Assembly (NCBI GenBank): GCA_036785375.1
Contig: JAWMAR010000070.1
Span: 7,068,001 to 7,132,000 of the forward strand
Source of the DNA: Leucoraja ocellata
Taxonomy: Eukaryota
Direction: 5' to 3'
Length of the DNA: 64,000 bases
Shown here: one piece after another, positions 35,754-48,279 of the stretch
Layout: every line of letters starts with the position of its first letter
Position numbering within the stretch: position 1 is the stretch's first letter
Notes under the pieces: generated by a model
What the model saw: the letters and a program-made list of their open reading frames with translations, nothing else
The model's database searches: none
What the model was told of the DNA's origin: nothing
Made by a program: the position numbers and the translations under genes

Positions 35754-36136
35754 TTATCATTATTTATTTAATGTTTCACGTTTACACCAATCTCTCCACC
35801 ACCACGAACAAGCAGCACAAGACGCGACAAGACAGACACCATTGTATGCAGATGCCGAGAAGTGTGATCAGCTCTGGCTGAACAACTAATCTTGTGTGTG
35901 GATTCGATAAGCAGAAGATTTAATGTCATAGTGTTATACAGTCATAGAGTGATACAGCATGGAAACAGGCCCTTTGGCCCAACGTGCCCACATTGGACAA
36001 CATGTCCCAGCTACACTAGTCCCACCTGTCCACGTTTGGTCCATATCCCTCCAAATCTGACCTATCCCTGTTCCTGTCTAGCTGTTTCTTAAACGTCGGG
36101 ATAGTTTCTGCCTCAACTGCGATGGGTTGACCAGAA

Positions 36137-36470
36137 CGAGACGTGGTGGAGACACAAGCAGGATGTGTGGGGCGCCTGGTTGGCCGCTGGCAGCTGGGAT
36201 GACGTTGTTCTTGTTAAACGTTAACGGCTGATGCAACGACACATTTGGCAGAGGGTGGAGAGGTCGCGGCTGACTCCGGCCAATGCTCCGTGGGAGGCAG
36301 TGATTGGTTGAATGTACGTGAGGGCAGACAATGAGGGGCAGGAGAAGCCGGGAGTCGGTATAAAAGGAGCGAGCGATGGCAGGAGATGAGAACAAGACCG
36401 ACCCCGTCACCCTGTGTGGAGACTCCGGAGCTGGTAACCAACCCTGTGGATCCTTCAAGTGCCTGTGAGT
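36137..36470 (+). promoter_or_regulatory. Promoter and first exon of B3
   Basis: ERSE at 36289-36307, TATAAAA at 36359-36365 and donor at 36465. Confidence 0.7.
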
Positions 36471-37013
36471 GATGGGGGTGGGATTGTCTCTGTTCACTGT
36501 TCCCCCAGTTCAGAAGCCTGATAGCAGAGGGGAAGAAGCTGTTCCTGAGTCTGGTGGTGCGCGCTTTCAAGCTTCTGTATCTTCTGCTAGACAGGACCAG
36601 GGAGAAGGAGGAATGACCGGGGTGGGACAAGTGATGGAGTCATAGAGTCACAGCGAGACCTTCGGCCCAACTTGCCCGCGCCCACCAACGTGTCCCCATC
36701 AATACTAGACCCACCTGCCTGCGTTTGGCCCTTACCCCTCTAATCCTGTCCTATCAATGTACCTGTCTAACTGTTTCTTAATCATTGTGATAGTACCTGC
36801 CTCAACTACCTCTTCCGGCAGCTCGTTCCAAACACCCTCCACCCTTTGTGTAAAAAAGTCACCCCTCAGTTTTCCATGAAATCTTTCCCCCCCCCTCGCC
36901 TTAAACCGATGTCCTCTGGTTCTCGATTCCCCAACTCTGGGCGGGTTCAGGGAATGTCATCATGAATCCTACTGAGTTGCAATAAGGTGACCCATTGTTT
37001 CACCCACAGGAAC

Positions 37014-37550
37014 ATGGGACTGCAGAGATGGATAGGATTCATGGTCCTTGTGGAGATGGTGTGGCAAGTCTCCGCAACTGGAACAGGTCCGATCTCCAGA
37101 GAATGGGGAGAGGAAGCAAACTTGGCCGGGCGGAACGCACGGGCCCCTCGACAGGTCACCAATGAAACGCTTCCAAGATGCACGAACGAGTCAGATTCTG
37201 ATGCCATCAGTCATCACCTATCAACGATTAACAAGAAGGTGCTCGTTGCATCTCTGGGTGGTTCCGTTACTTTGCCATGTAATGTATCCAACGTTGACAA
37301 TAGTCCCGAGGTTACATGGAATAAAGATGGTGTTGAAATTGCCTATTTCCATAGTAGAGTGCATGAGCGTTATACGGGATCTGATGTTCACTGGAAGTTC
37401 GTGCAACGAAACGTCCTTTGGGAACAGGACGCCACGTTGCTCCTGACAGGTGTAAAAGAGGAAGATAAAGGGACGTATTCCTGTGTTTGGATCAAGTATC
37501 GTCAGAAACCGGTTTGTGAATTATTGATGCAGCTGATGATCTCTCACTGA
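37014..37550 (+). CDS. Secreted single V-type Ig-domain precursor, type B copy 3 (B3), 178 aa
   Basis: Leader, RAPR|Q, four Cys, EDKGTYSC and sequons NET, NES and NVS. Confidence 0.85.
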   Translation: MGLQRWIGFMVLVEMVWQVSATGTGPISREWGEEANLAGRNARAPRQVTNETLPRCTNESDSDAISHHLSTINKKVLVASLGGSVTLPCNVSNVDNSPEVTWNKDGVEIAYFHSRVHERYTGSDVHWKFVQRNVLWEQDATLLLTGVKEEDKGTYSCVWIKYRQKPVCELLMQLMISH

Positions 37551-37849
37551 TTCAGCAGGGCCAGTCCCAGGGTCAGTAACAAAGTCTAGTCTAGTTTAGT
37601 TACGTTCAGAGGTACAACAGGGAAACAAGCCCTTCGGCCCACAGAGTCAATGGGGACCAGTGATCACCCCATATACTAGTTCTATCCCACACACTAGATA
37701 CAATTTACACTGACCAATTAACCTACAAACCTGCACGTCTCTGGGGTGTGGGACGAAACCGGAGCTCCCGGATTCCAAAGAGGAAGGAAGATTCCAAGGG
37801 GAGTTAGGGGCGACCGTGGCTGACAAGGGAAGTCAGGGACACTATCACA

Positions 37850-37911
37850 AATGCATTTCGTTGTCTCTGTTCTGTACACTGACAATGACAATTAAATTGA
37901 ATCTGAATCTG
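37850..37911 (+). mobile_element. ~62-bp extreme 3' end of a Rex1-type LINE (also 44399-44460)
   Basis: Matches the 3' end and (GAATCT)n tail of the element at 58882-59830. It is absent at the equivalent site in the B1 and B2 units. Confidence 0.75.
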
Positions 37912-40900
37912 ATAAAAGTGAACAGGTATAACGTTGCAAAGATGAGCGGAAAGCCAGGGGATTAGGTAACTCTTTTAAAGAGCAACAGAAGATAACTAAA
38001 AAAGCAATACGGGGAGAAAAGATGAGGTATGAAGGTAAGATAGCCAAGAATAGAAAGGAGGATCGTAAAAGCTTCTTTAGATATGTGAAAAAAATTAGTT
38101 CAGACTAAAATTGGTCTTTATAGACTAAAAACTTTGGATCCGTCTTCACTAAGGAGAACACAAACAATCTCCCTGATGTACTAGTGGCCAGAGGATCTGG
38201 GGACAACGGAGAGCCAGTGGATGTAGTGTACATGGACTTGCAGGAAGTATTTGATAAGGTCCCACATAGGAGATTAGTGGGCAAAATTAGAGCACATGGT
38301 ATTGGGGGAAGGGCCTGTTTCCATATTGTTTGACTCTGACACTAAGTAGGGAATAGTAAAGGTATAAAGATGAGCAGCGTGGAAGGTGTGAGCGTGGATC
38401 GCATGCAGTGAGGAGAACTGACCCTGCTTGCACCGGTAAATGTACGTTTAATGTAAATAAACTTTCTTCTGCCTGCCCTGAAGACAGCCGGTGTGAGTGA
38501 TTCTTTGTACGCCAGCATTGAGTTGGGTGTGAACTTTGTGCAACTTTTGCTCACTACGGGCAACATCGCCGGATTAAAGGGCCTGTCCCACGAGCATGCG
38601 ACTCCATGCGGCAAGCGCGACCTAACGTGGTCACTTGAGCCGTACGGCCTCGCGGGGCCGGTCCCACTTTGATCGCCGGAGCCGTATGGAGTTGTGTGGA
38701 GCTGGTCCCGACATCGCGCGGGGCTCTGAAAAACTGAATATGTTAGGATATGGAAACAGGTTCTTCGGCACCCCTACACTAGTTCTAACCTACACACTAG
38801 GGACAATTTACTGAAGCCAATTAACCATCAAATCTACACGTCTTTGTAATCTGAAAGGGAACCAGAGCACCCGGAGGAAACCCACATGGTCCCAGGGACA
38901 ATGTACATACACTGTACAGACAGTGCCCGTAGTCACCATCGAAGGCGGGTCTCTAGCGCTGTAAGACAGCAACTCTACCGCTGCGCCACTGTACCGCCCC
39001 TGCATTGCCCTCGTGCATTGTTAGGGCTGCTGATTAGAGTCCAGTTTTGACCCTCGTTGGGTGTCAATTGTGGTTGTCAAGGAGCTTTCTTACCTCCGTA
39101 TGGAGCCTGGTCTTCCAGTTATAGACCCACACCACCCTGGCCACACTCTCTTATCACCACTACTGAGGGGAAGGTACAGGAGCCTGAGAACCGTGAGCTC
39201 CAGGTTCAAGAGCAGCTTCTTCCCAGCAAGCACAAGGTTGTTGAACCAGCCTGCACAACCCCAACCACAACCCTACGCCACTCACCACAACCCTACACAA
39301 CCCTGATGGACACTGCACCACTGGTGATGCCCCACGTACGTTGTCTTGTACTATCATGGTCTGGAATAACTGAGACCTTATTGTGTACTTATGGTGTAAG
39401 TATATAATCATGATAGGCCAGGGTAGACAGTGGAGAGCTGCCACTACAGAGCCATCCATAGACCTGATAGAATTATATAAAGTTACTGTGCAGACCAAGT
39501 ACAAACCCAACGCAATATTCCACCACTCACCCATTCCCCAACGCTATATTCCACCACTCACTCATAGCCCCTAATTGTGCAGGAGCGGCTCATTTCTCCG
39601 TTTCCCCTCTTCCTCCTCTTCACCCTCCCTCTTCAATACCTAGAGAGGGAGGAGGGGTAGAGGGAGGGGGTAGAGAGGGAGAGAGGCAGAGAGAAGGGGT
39701 AGAGAGAGAGTGGGAAGGGGTAGAGGGTGAGGGGGGGGGGGGGGGGGGGGGGTAGAGTGGGGTGGAGGGATTAAATACATTATTTTCAAGCTTACCCCCA
39801 GTCTAGTTCAGTCAAAAACCACTGAGTCAAGCACTGGAACAATTAATCTTTATTTTTGGATTGTACATCTAATTCAACTACACGATACCTAAACCACTGC
39901 GGGTTCGATCCTTGTATCTGCTTGGCCAAGCCCTTCAGCCTCGTGCAAGCAGAAACACTCCAAAAGGTCACGCTGTCCCAAGGATTCTTCCAGAAGATCG
40001 ACAAAGGACCTCGTGGGGGCTGCCTTTTATAAGTCCCCGAACCTTGAGGGGCCGAACTACATAGGGGTGGTCTCTTTACAATCCAATCAAACATATTAAT
40101 TACATCAGTATATTATAGACAGTTCCCCAGACCACTAACAGATCCCATACATTGTTTCAGGAGAAGCTTCTGGAAGATGCTAACTTAACTTGAATAATGC
40201 AACATTTACCCTGGAATTCAAACAAACCTGCCAGTGCTCAACACTTTAGCCAATCAACAAACAGTAGGATAACTGCCTGGCACATTATATACAATATTTA
40301 CAATGCTGTTGCAGTAATCCAATCAACCATGCATTTACACTTCATTGGAGGTCATCTCCTTGCACGGAAATCGGCATCAAAACATGGGGGTGCACAATTC
40401 CATGGCGGCACACATGCACACGTGTGCATGCGGCACACACGCGAGGATTCGGCCATGGGCCCTGTGGACGGTAACATCGGGAGCTGACTTGGTTGGTGAC
40501 CGACTCCGAACTCCAGCAACAGCAGCTTCGTCCGCCCGGAATCGTGAGGCTTGAATCGGCCCGTTCGCGGGGCCTTTCATCGCCCGACGGGGGTTTCAAC
40601 ATTGGTATTGATGTGGATAGAGAACTGGCTGGCAGACAGAAAGCAAAGAGTAGGAGTAAACGGGTCCTTTTCAGAATGGCAGGCAGTGACTAGTGGGGTA
40701 CTGCAAGACTCAGTGCTGGGACCCCAGCTATTTACGATATATATTAATGATCTGGATGAGGGAGTTGAATGCAACATCTCCAAGTTTGCAGATGACACGA
40801 AATGGGGGGCAGTGTTAGCTGTGAGGAGGATGCTAGGAGGCTGCAAGGTGACTTGGATATGTTGGGTGAGTGGGCAAATGCATGGAAGATGCAGTATAAT

Positions 40901-42680
40901 GTGGATAAATGTGAGGTTATCCATTTTGGTGTAAAAAACAGGAAAGTAGATTATTATCTGAATGGTGGCCGATTAGGAAAAGGGGAGATGCAACGAGACC
41001 TGGGTGTCATGGTACACCAGTCATTAAAAGTGGGCATGCAGGTGCAGCAGGCAGTGAAGAAAGAGAATGGTATGTTAGCATTCATAGCAAAAGGATTTGA
41101 GTATAAGAGCAGGGAGGTTCTACTGCAGTTGTACAGGGTCTTGGTGAGACCACACCTGGAGTATTGCGTACAGTTTTGGTCTCCTAATCTGAGGAAGGAC
41201 ATTCTTGCCATAGAGGGAGTACAGAGAAGGTTCACCAGACTGATTCCTGGGATGTCAGGACTTTATGGCATACTGAGTTGGATGATCAGTATAATCATAT
41301 TAAATGGCAGTGCAGGCTCGAAGGGCCGAATGGCCTACTCCTGCACCTATTTTCTACGTTTCTATGGGAGCCTCGATCGCCTCGATGCAGCAGTTTGATT
41401 TTAAGCCGCTCGGGCGCTGAAAGGCCCCGCGAACGGGACGATTCTGCCCATAGAAAGCGTCTGATAAAGTCCGGAACACAAAACATGGGCGGGGGGGGGA
41501 ATCGTCCCCACCTCCCAAAGCACTGGGGACGTGCCCCCTGTCCCCCCCCCCAGGATTTCTGCCCATGGCGGTGACGATATCTCCTTCACCGCCGCAGTCT
41601 CGACGCCTCTTTGATGGCCGCGAAAAACCCCATGTGGGGCGTAGAAGGCCGGGTCGGATAAAGCGGAAAGTTAATTTCAATGAGGTCCTCCCCCTGACAT
41701 CACTGGAAGCTGCTGGTCGACCACTCCCCCTTTGTGACATCACTCGAAGCGGGGTGAAGGTTTGCCGTTTAATAAGTTGGTTTTCACTATTTTTAAAACG
41801 CTATAACTTGTGAACTACAGCATGTAATGTGAAGTGGAGCAGTTTATTTTGTCAAAGGGGTTAATGTGATTAATAATGTGCGGAGGAGGGGAGGAGGAGA
41901 GGGGAGAGAAGGAGGAGGGTGTAGACGAGGGGGAGGGAGTGTAAGAGACTCGCCTGCGCAGTTGTGGGGTATGGGTGAGTGGTGGAATATTACGTTGGGG
42001 GGACGGGTACATCGCAAAGGAATCTCATTTAGATTTCTTGGGAGGAGGCTTTTCATTGTGGGGGGTGGAATTGCTGAGAGGTTTCATTTACTCCTTATTT
42101 ATAAAATAATTACGATTGTGGGGAGGGGTGGGTTGGGGGCGGGGGCTCCCCGTTTCATTGTGGGGGGGTGGAGTAAGAGAGAGGTTTCATTTCCAGAATT
42201 TTCCTTGCTAGGGGATGGGGTGAGTATTGTGGGGTATGGGTGAGTGGTGGAATATTACGTTGGGGGAACGGGGCCCAACGGGTCCCACTTGGTCTAGTTA
42301 TCATTATTTATTTAATGTTTCACGTTTACACCAATCTCTCCACCACCACGAACAAGCAGCACAAGACGCAACAAGACAGACACCATTTTATGCAGATGCC
42401 GAGAAGTGTGATCAGCTCTGGCTGAACAACTAATCTTGTGTGTGGATTCGATAAGCAGAAGATTTAATGTCATAGTGTTATACAGTCATAGAGTGATACA
42501 GCATGGAAACAGGCCCTTTGGCCCAACTTGCCCACATTGGACAACATGTCCCAGCTACACTAGTCCCACCTGTCCACGTTTGGTCCATATCCCTCCAAAT
42601 CTGACCTATCCCTGTTCCTGTCTAGCAGTTTCTTAAACGTCGGGATAGTTTCTGCCTCAACTGCGATGGGTTGACCAGAA

Positions 42681-43014
42681 CGAGACGTGGTGGAGACACA
42701 AGCAGGATGTGTGGGGCGCCTGGTTGGCCGCTGGCAGCTGGGATGACGTTGTTCTTGTTAAACGTTAACGGCTGATGCAACGACACGTTTGGCAGAGGGT
42801 GGAGAGGTCGCGGCTGACTCCGGCCAATGCTCCGTGGGAGGCAGTGATTGGTTGAATGTACGTGAGGGCAGACAATGAGGGGCAGGAGAAGCCGGGAGTC
42901 GGTATAAAAGGAGCGAGCGATGGCAGGAGATGAGAACAAGACCGACCCCGTCACCCTGTGTGGAGACTCCGGAGCTGGTAACCAACCCTGTGGATCCTTC
43001 AAGTGTCTGTGAGT
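42681..43014 (+). promoter_or_regulatory. Promoter and first exon of B4
   Basis: ERSE at 42833-42851, TATAAAA at 42903-42909 and donor at 43009. Confidence 0.7.
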
Positions 43015-43558
43015 GATGGGGGTGGGATTGTCTCTGTTCACTGTTCCCCCAGTTCAGAAGCCTGATAGCAGAGGGGAAGAAGCTGTTCCTGAGTCTGGTG
43101 GTGCGCGCTTTCAAGCTTCTGTACCTTCTGCTAGAGAGGACCAGGGAGAAGGAGGAATGACCGGGGTGGGACAAGTGATGGAGTCATAGAGTCACAGCGA
43201 GACCTTCGGCCCAACTTGCCCGCGCCCACCAACGTGTCCCCATCAATACTAGACCCACCTGCCTGCGTTTGGCCCTTACCCCTCTAATCCTGTCCTATCA
43301 ATGTACCTGTCTAACTGTTTCTTAATCATTGTGATAGTACCTGCCTCAACTACCTCTTCCGGCAGCTCGTTCCAAACACCCTCCACCCTTTGTGTAAAAA
43401 AGTCACCCCTCAGTTTCCCATGAAATCTTTCCCCCCCCCCTCGCCTTAAACCGATGTCCTCTGGTTCTCGATTCCCCAACTCTGGGCGGGTTCAGGGAAT
43501 GTCATCATGAATCCTACTGAGTTGCAATAAGGTGACCCATTGTTTCACCCACAGGAAC

Positions 43559-44095
43559 ATGGGACTGCAGAGATGGATAGGATTCATGGTCCTTGTGGAG
43601 ATGGTGTGGCAAGTCTCCGCAACTGGAACAGGTCCGATCTCCAGAGAATGGGGAGAGGAAGCAAACTTGGCCGGGCGGAACGCACGGGCTCCTCGACAAG
43701 TCACCAATGAAACGCTTCCAAGATGCACGAACGAGTCAGATTCTGATGCCATCAGTCATCACCTATCAACGATTAACAAGAAGGTGCTCGTTGCATCTCT
43801 GGGTGGTTCTGTTACTTTGCCATGTAATGTATCCAACGTTGACAATAGTCCCGAGGTTACATGGAATAAAGATGGTGTTGAAATTGCCTATTTCCATAGT
43901 AGAGTGCATGAGCGTTATACAGGATCTGATGTTCACTGGAAGTTCGTGCAACGAAACGTCCTTTGGGAACAGGACGCCACGTTGCTCCTGACAGGTGTAA
44001 AAGAGGAAGATAAAGGGACGTATTCCTGTGTTTGGATCAAGTATCGTCAGAAACCGGTTTGTGAATTATTGATGCAGCTGATGATCTCTCACTGA
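43559..44095 (+). CDS. Secreted single V-type Ig-domain precursor, type B copy 4 (B4), protein identical to B3
   Basis: Same translation as B3, with a few synonymous differences. Confidence 0.85.
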   Translation: MGLQRWIGFMVLVEMVWQVSATGTGPISREWGEEANLAGRNARAPRQVTNETLPRCTNESDSDAISHHLSTINKKVLVASLGGSVTLPCNVSNVDNSPEVTWNKDGVEIAYFHSRVHERYTGSDVHWKFVQRNVLWEQDATLLLTGVKEEDKGTYSCVWIKYRQKPVCELLMQLMISH

Positions 44096-45950
44096 TTCAG
44101 CAGGGCCAGTCCCAGGGTCAGTAACAAAGTCTAGTTTAGTTTAGTTTAGTTCCGTTCAGAGGTACAACAGGGAAACAAGCCCTTCGGCCACAGAGTCAAT
44201 GGGGACCAGTGATCACCCCATATACTAGTACTATCCCACACACTAGATACAATTTACACTGACCAATTAACCTACAAACCTGCACGTCTCTGGGGTGTGG
44301 GACGAAACCGGAGCTCCCGGATTCCAAAGAGGAAGGAAGATTCCAAGGGGAGTTAGGGGCGACCGTGGCTGACAAGGGAAGTCAGGGACACTATCACAAA
44401 TGCATTTCGTTGTCTCTGTTCTGTACACTGACAATGACAATTAAATTGAATCTGAATCTGATAAAAGTGAACAGGTATAACGTTGCAAAGATGAGCGGAA
44501 AGCCAGGGGATTAGGTAACTCTTTTAAAGAGCAACAGAAGATAACTAAAAAAGCAATACGGGGAGAAAAGATGAGGTATGAAGGTAAGATAGCCAAGAAT
44601 AGAAAGGAGGATCGTAAAAGCTTCTTTAGATATGTGAAAAAAATTAGTTCAGACTAAAATTGGACCTTTATAGACTAAAAACTTTGGATCCGTCTTCACT
44701 AAGGAGAACACAAACAATCTCCCTGATGTACTAGTGGCCAGGGGATCTGGGGACAATGGAGAGCCAGTGGATGTAGTGTACCTGGACTTGCAGGAAGTAT
44801 TTGATAAGGTCCCACATAGGAGATTAGTGGGCAAAATTAGAGCACATGGTATTGGGGGAAGGGCCTGTTTCCATATTGTTTGACTCTGACACTAAGTAGG
44901 GAATAGTAAAGGTATAAAGATGAGCAGCGTGGAAGGTGTGAGCGTGGATCACATGCAGTGAGGAGAACTGGCCTTGCTTGCACCGGTAAATGTACGTTTA
45001 ATTTAAATAAACTTTCTTCTGCCTGCCCTGAAGACAGCCGGTGTGAGTGATTCTTTGTACGCCAGCATTGAGTTGGGTGTGAACTTTGTGCAACTTTTGC
45101 TCACTACGGGCAACATCGCCGGATTAAAGGGCCAGTCCCACGAGCATGCGACTCCATGCGGCAAGCGCGACCTAACGTGGTCACTTGAGCCGTACGGCCT
45201 CGCGGGGCCGGTCCCACTTTGATCGCCGGAGCCGTATGGAGTTGTGTGGAGCTGGTCCCGACATCGCGCGGGGCTCTGAAAAACTGAATATGTTAGGATA
45301 TGGAAACAGGTTCATCGGCCCACCGAGTCTAACCCAACCAGTGATCACCCCTACACTAGTTCTAACCTACACACTAGGGACAATTTACTGAAGCCAATTA
45401 ACCTACAAATCTACACGTCTTTGTAATCTGAAAGGAAACCAGAGCACCCGGAGGAAACCCACATGGTCCCAGGGACAATGTACATACACTGTACAGACAG
45501 TGCCCGTAGTCACCATCGAAGGCGGGTCTCTAGCGCTGTAAGGCAGCAACTCTACCGCTGCGCCACTGTACCGCCCCTGCATTGCCCTCGTGCATTGTTA
45601 GGGCTGCTGATTAGAGTCCAGTTTTGACCCTCGTTGGGTGTCAATTGTGGTTGTCAAGGAGCTTTCTTACCTCCGTATGGAGCCTGGTCTTCCAGTTATA
45701 GACCCACACCACCCTGGCCACACTCTCTTATCACCACTACTGAGGGGAAGGTACAGGAGCCTGAGAACCGTGAGCTCCAGGTTCAAGAGCAGCTTCTTCC
45801 CAGCAAGCACAAGGTTGTTGAACCAGCCTGCACAACCCCAACCACAGCCCTACGCCACTCACCACAACCCTACACAACCCTGATGGACACTGCACCACTG
45901 GTGATATAAAGTTACTGAGCAGACCAAGTGCAGATCCATTGGGTCTGCTC

Positions 45951-46136
45951 CCCCAACGCAATATTCCACCACTCACCCGCTCCTCAACACTATATTCCAC
46001 CACTCACCCGTTCCCCAACGCAATATTCCACCACTCACCCGTTCCCCAACGCTATATTGCACCACTCACCCATTCCCCAACGCAATATTCCACCACTCAC
46101 CCGCTCCCCAACATTATATTCCACCACTCACTCATA
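45951..46136 (+). repeat. 31-bp minisatellite, ~6 units (2 units at the paralogous sites ~25698, ~32974, ~39505)
   Basis: Unit ccccaacgcaatattccaccactcacccgct with variants. Confidence 0.85.
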
Positions 46137-46475
46137 GCCCCCAACTCTGGAGGCGCGGCTCATTTTGCCGCATCCCCTCGTCCTACTCTTCACCCTCCCT
46201 CTTCAATACCTAGAGAGAGAGAGGAGGGGGAGAGAAGGAGAGAGGCAGAGAGAAAGGAGGTAGAGAGAGAGTGGGAAGGGGTAGAGGGAGAAGGAGGGTG
46301 GTAGTGATTAAATACATTCTTCTCAAGCTTACCCCCAGTCTAGTTCAGTCAAAAACCACTGAGTCAAGCACTGGAACAACTAATCTTTATTTTTGGATTG
46401 TACATCAAATTCCCCTACACGATACCTAAACCACTGCGGGTTCAATCCTTGTATCTGCTTGGCCAAGCCCTTCAG

Positions 46476-48279
46476 GTCCCTTGCAGTCAGAAACAAGTGA
46501 ATTGATCATGGGGAACAAGGACATGGCAGACCAATTGAATAACTACTTTGGTTCTGTCTTCACTAAGGAAGACATAAATAATCTGCCGGAAATAGCAGGG
46601 GACCGGAGGTCAAATGAGATGGAGGAACTGAGTGAAATCCAGGTTAGCCGGGAAGTGGTGGTAGGTAAATTGAATGAATTAAAAGCCGATAAATCCCCAG
46701 GGCCAGATAGGTTGTATCCCAGAGTACTTAAGGAAATAGCCCCAGAAATAGTGGATGCATTAGTGATAATTTTTCAAAACTCTAGATTTGGAAGTAGTTC
46801 CTGAGGATTGGAGGGTAGCTAATGTAACACCACATTTTAAAAAGAGAGGGAGAGAGAAAATGGGGAATTACAGACCAGTTAGTCTAACGTTGGTAGTGGG
46901 GAAACTGCTAGAATCAGTTATTAAAGATGGGATAGTAGCACATTTGGAAAGTGGTGAAATCATTGGACAAAGTCAGCATGGATTTATGAAGGGTAAATCA
47001 TGTCTGACGAATCTTATAGAATTTTTCGAGGATGTAACTAGTAGCGTGGATAGGGGAGAACCAGTGGATGTGGTGTATCTGGACTTTCAGAAGGCTTTCG
47101 ACAAGGTCCCACATAAGAGATTAGTATACAAACTTAAAGCACACGGTATTGGGGGTTCAGTATTGATGTGGATAGAGAACTGGCTGGCAGACAGGAAGCA
47201 AAGAGTAGGAGTAAACGGGTCCTTTTCACAATGGCAGGCAGTGACTAGTGGGGTACCGCAAGGCTCAGTTCTGGGACCCCAGTTATTTACGGTATATATT
47301 AATGATTTGGACGAGGGAATTGAATGCAACATCTCCAAGTTTGTGGATGACACAAAGCTGGGGGCAGTGTTAGCTGTGAGGAGGATGCTAGGAGGCTGCA
47401 AGGTGACTTGGATAGGCTGGGTGAGTGGGCAAATGCATGGCAGATGCAGAATAATGTGGATAAATGTGAGGTTATCCACTTTGGTGGCAAAAACAGGAAA
47501 TTAGACTATTATCTGAATGGTGGCCGATTAGGAAAGGGGGAGATGCAACGAGACCTGGGTGTCATGGTGCACCAGTCATTAAAAGTAGGCATGCAGGTGC
47601 AGCAGGCAGTGAAGAAGGCGAATGGTATATTAGCATTCATAGTAAAAGGATTTGAGTATAGGAGCAGGGAGGTTCTACTGCAGTTGTACATGCTCTTGGT
47701 GAGACCACACCTGGAGTATTGCGTACAGTTTTGGTCTCTTAATCTGAGGAAAGACATTCTTGCCATAGAGGGAGTACAGAGAAGGCTCACCAGATTGATT
47801 CCTGGGATGTCAGGACTTTCATATGACGAAAGACTGGATAGACTCGGTTTGTACTCGCTAGAATTTAGAAGATTGAGGGGGGATCTTATAGAAACTTACA
47901 AAATTCTTAAGGGGTTGGACAGGCTAGATGCAGGAAAATTGTTCCCGATCTTGGGGAAGTCCAGAACAAGGGGTCACAGTTTAAGGATAAGGAGGAAATC
48001 TTTTGGGGCCGAGATGAGGAAAACTTTTTTCACACAGAGAGTGGTGAATCTGTGGAATTCTCTGCTGCAGAAGGTAGTTGAGGCCACAGTTCATTGGCTA
48101 TATTTAAGTGGGAGTTAGATGTGGCCCTTGTGGCTAAATGGATCAGGTGGTATGGAGAGAACGCAGGTACAGGATACTGAGTTGGATGATCTGCCATGAT
48201 CATATTGAATGGCGGTGCAGGCTCGAAGGGCCGAATGGCCTACTCCTGCACCTATTAGCTATGTTTCTATGTTTCTATG
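46476..48279 (+). mobile_element. 5'-truncated CR1 LINE, duplicate of the 26112-27907 insertion
   Basis: Same junctions (ttcag|gtccc ... tatg|ttcag) and RT motifs, with frameshifts. Confidence 0.9.

Noticed and set aside
36137-44095. B3/B4 and other near-identical units as pure assembly duplication
   Set aside because: The copies differ by synonymous SNPs, indels and different downstream insertions. Read-level confirmation is still needed.
45951-46136. CRISPR-like 31-bp repeats
   Set aside because: The units are head-to-tail with no unique spacers and the context is eukaryotic, so this is a minisatellite.
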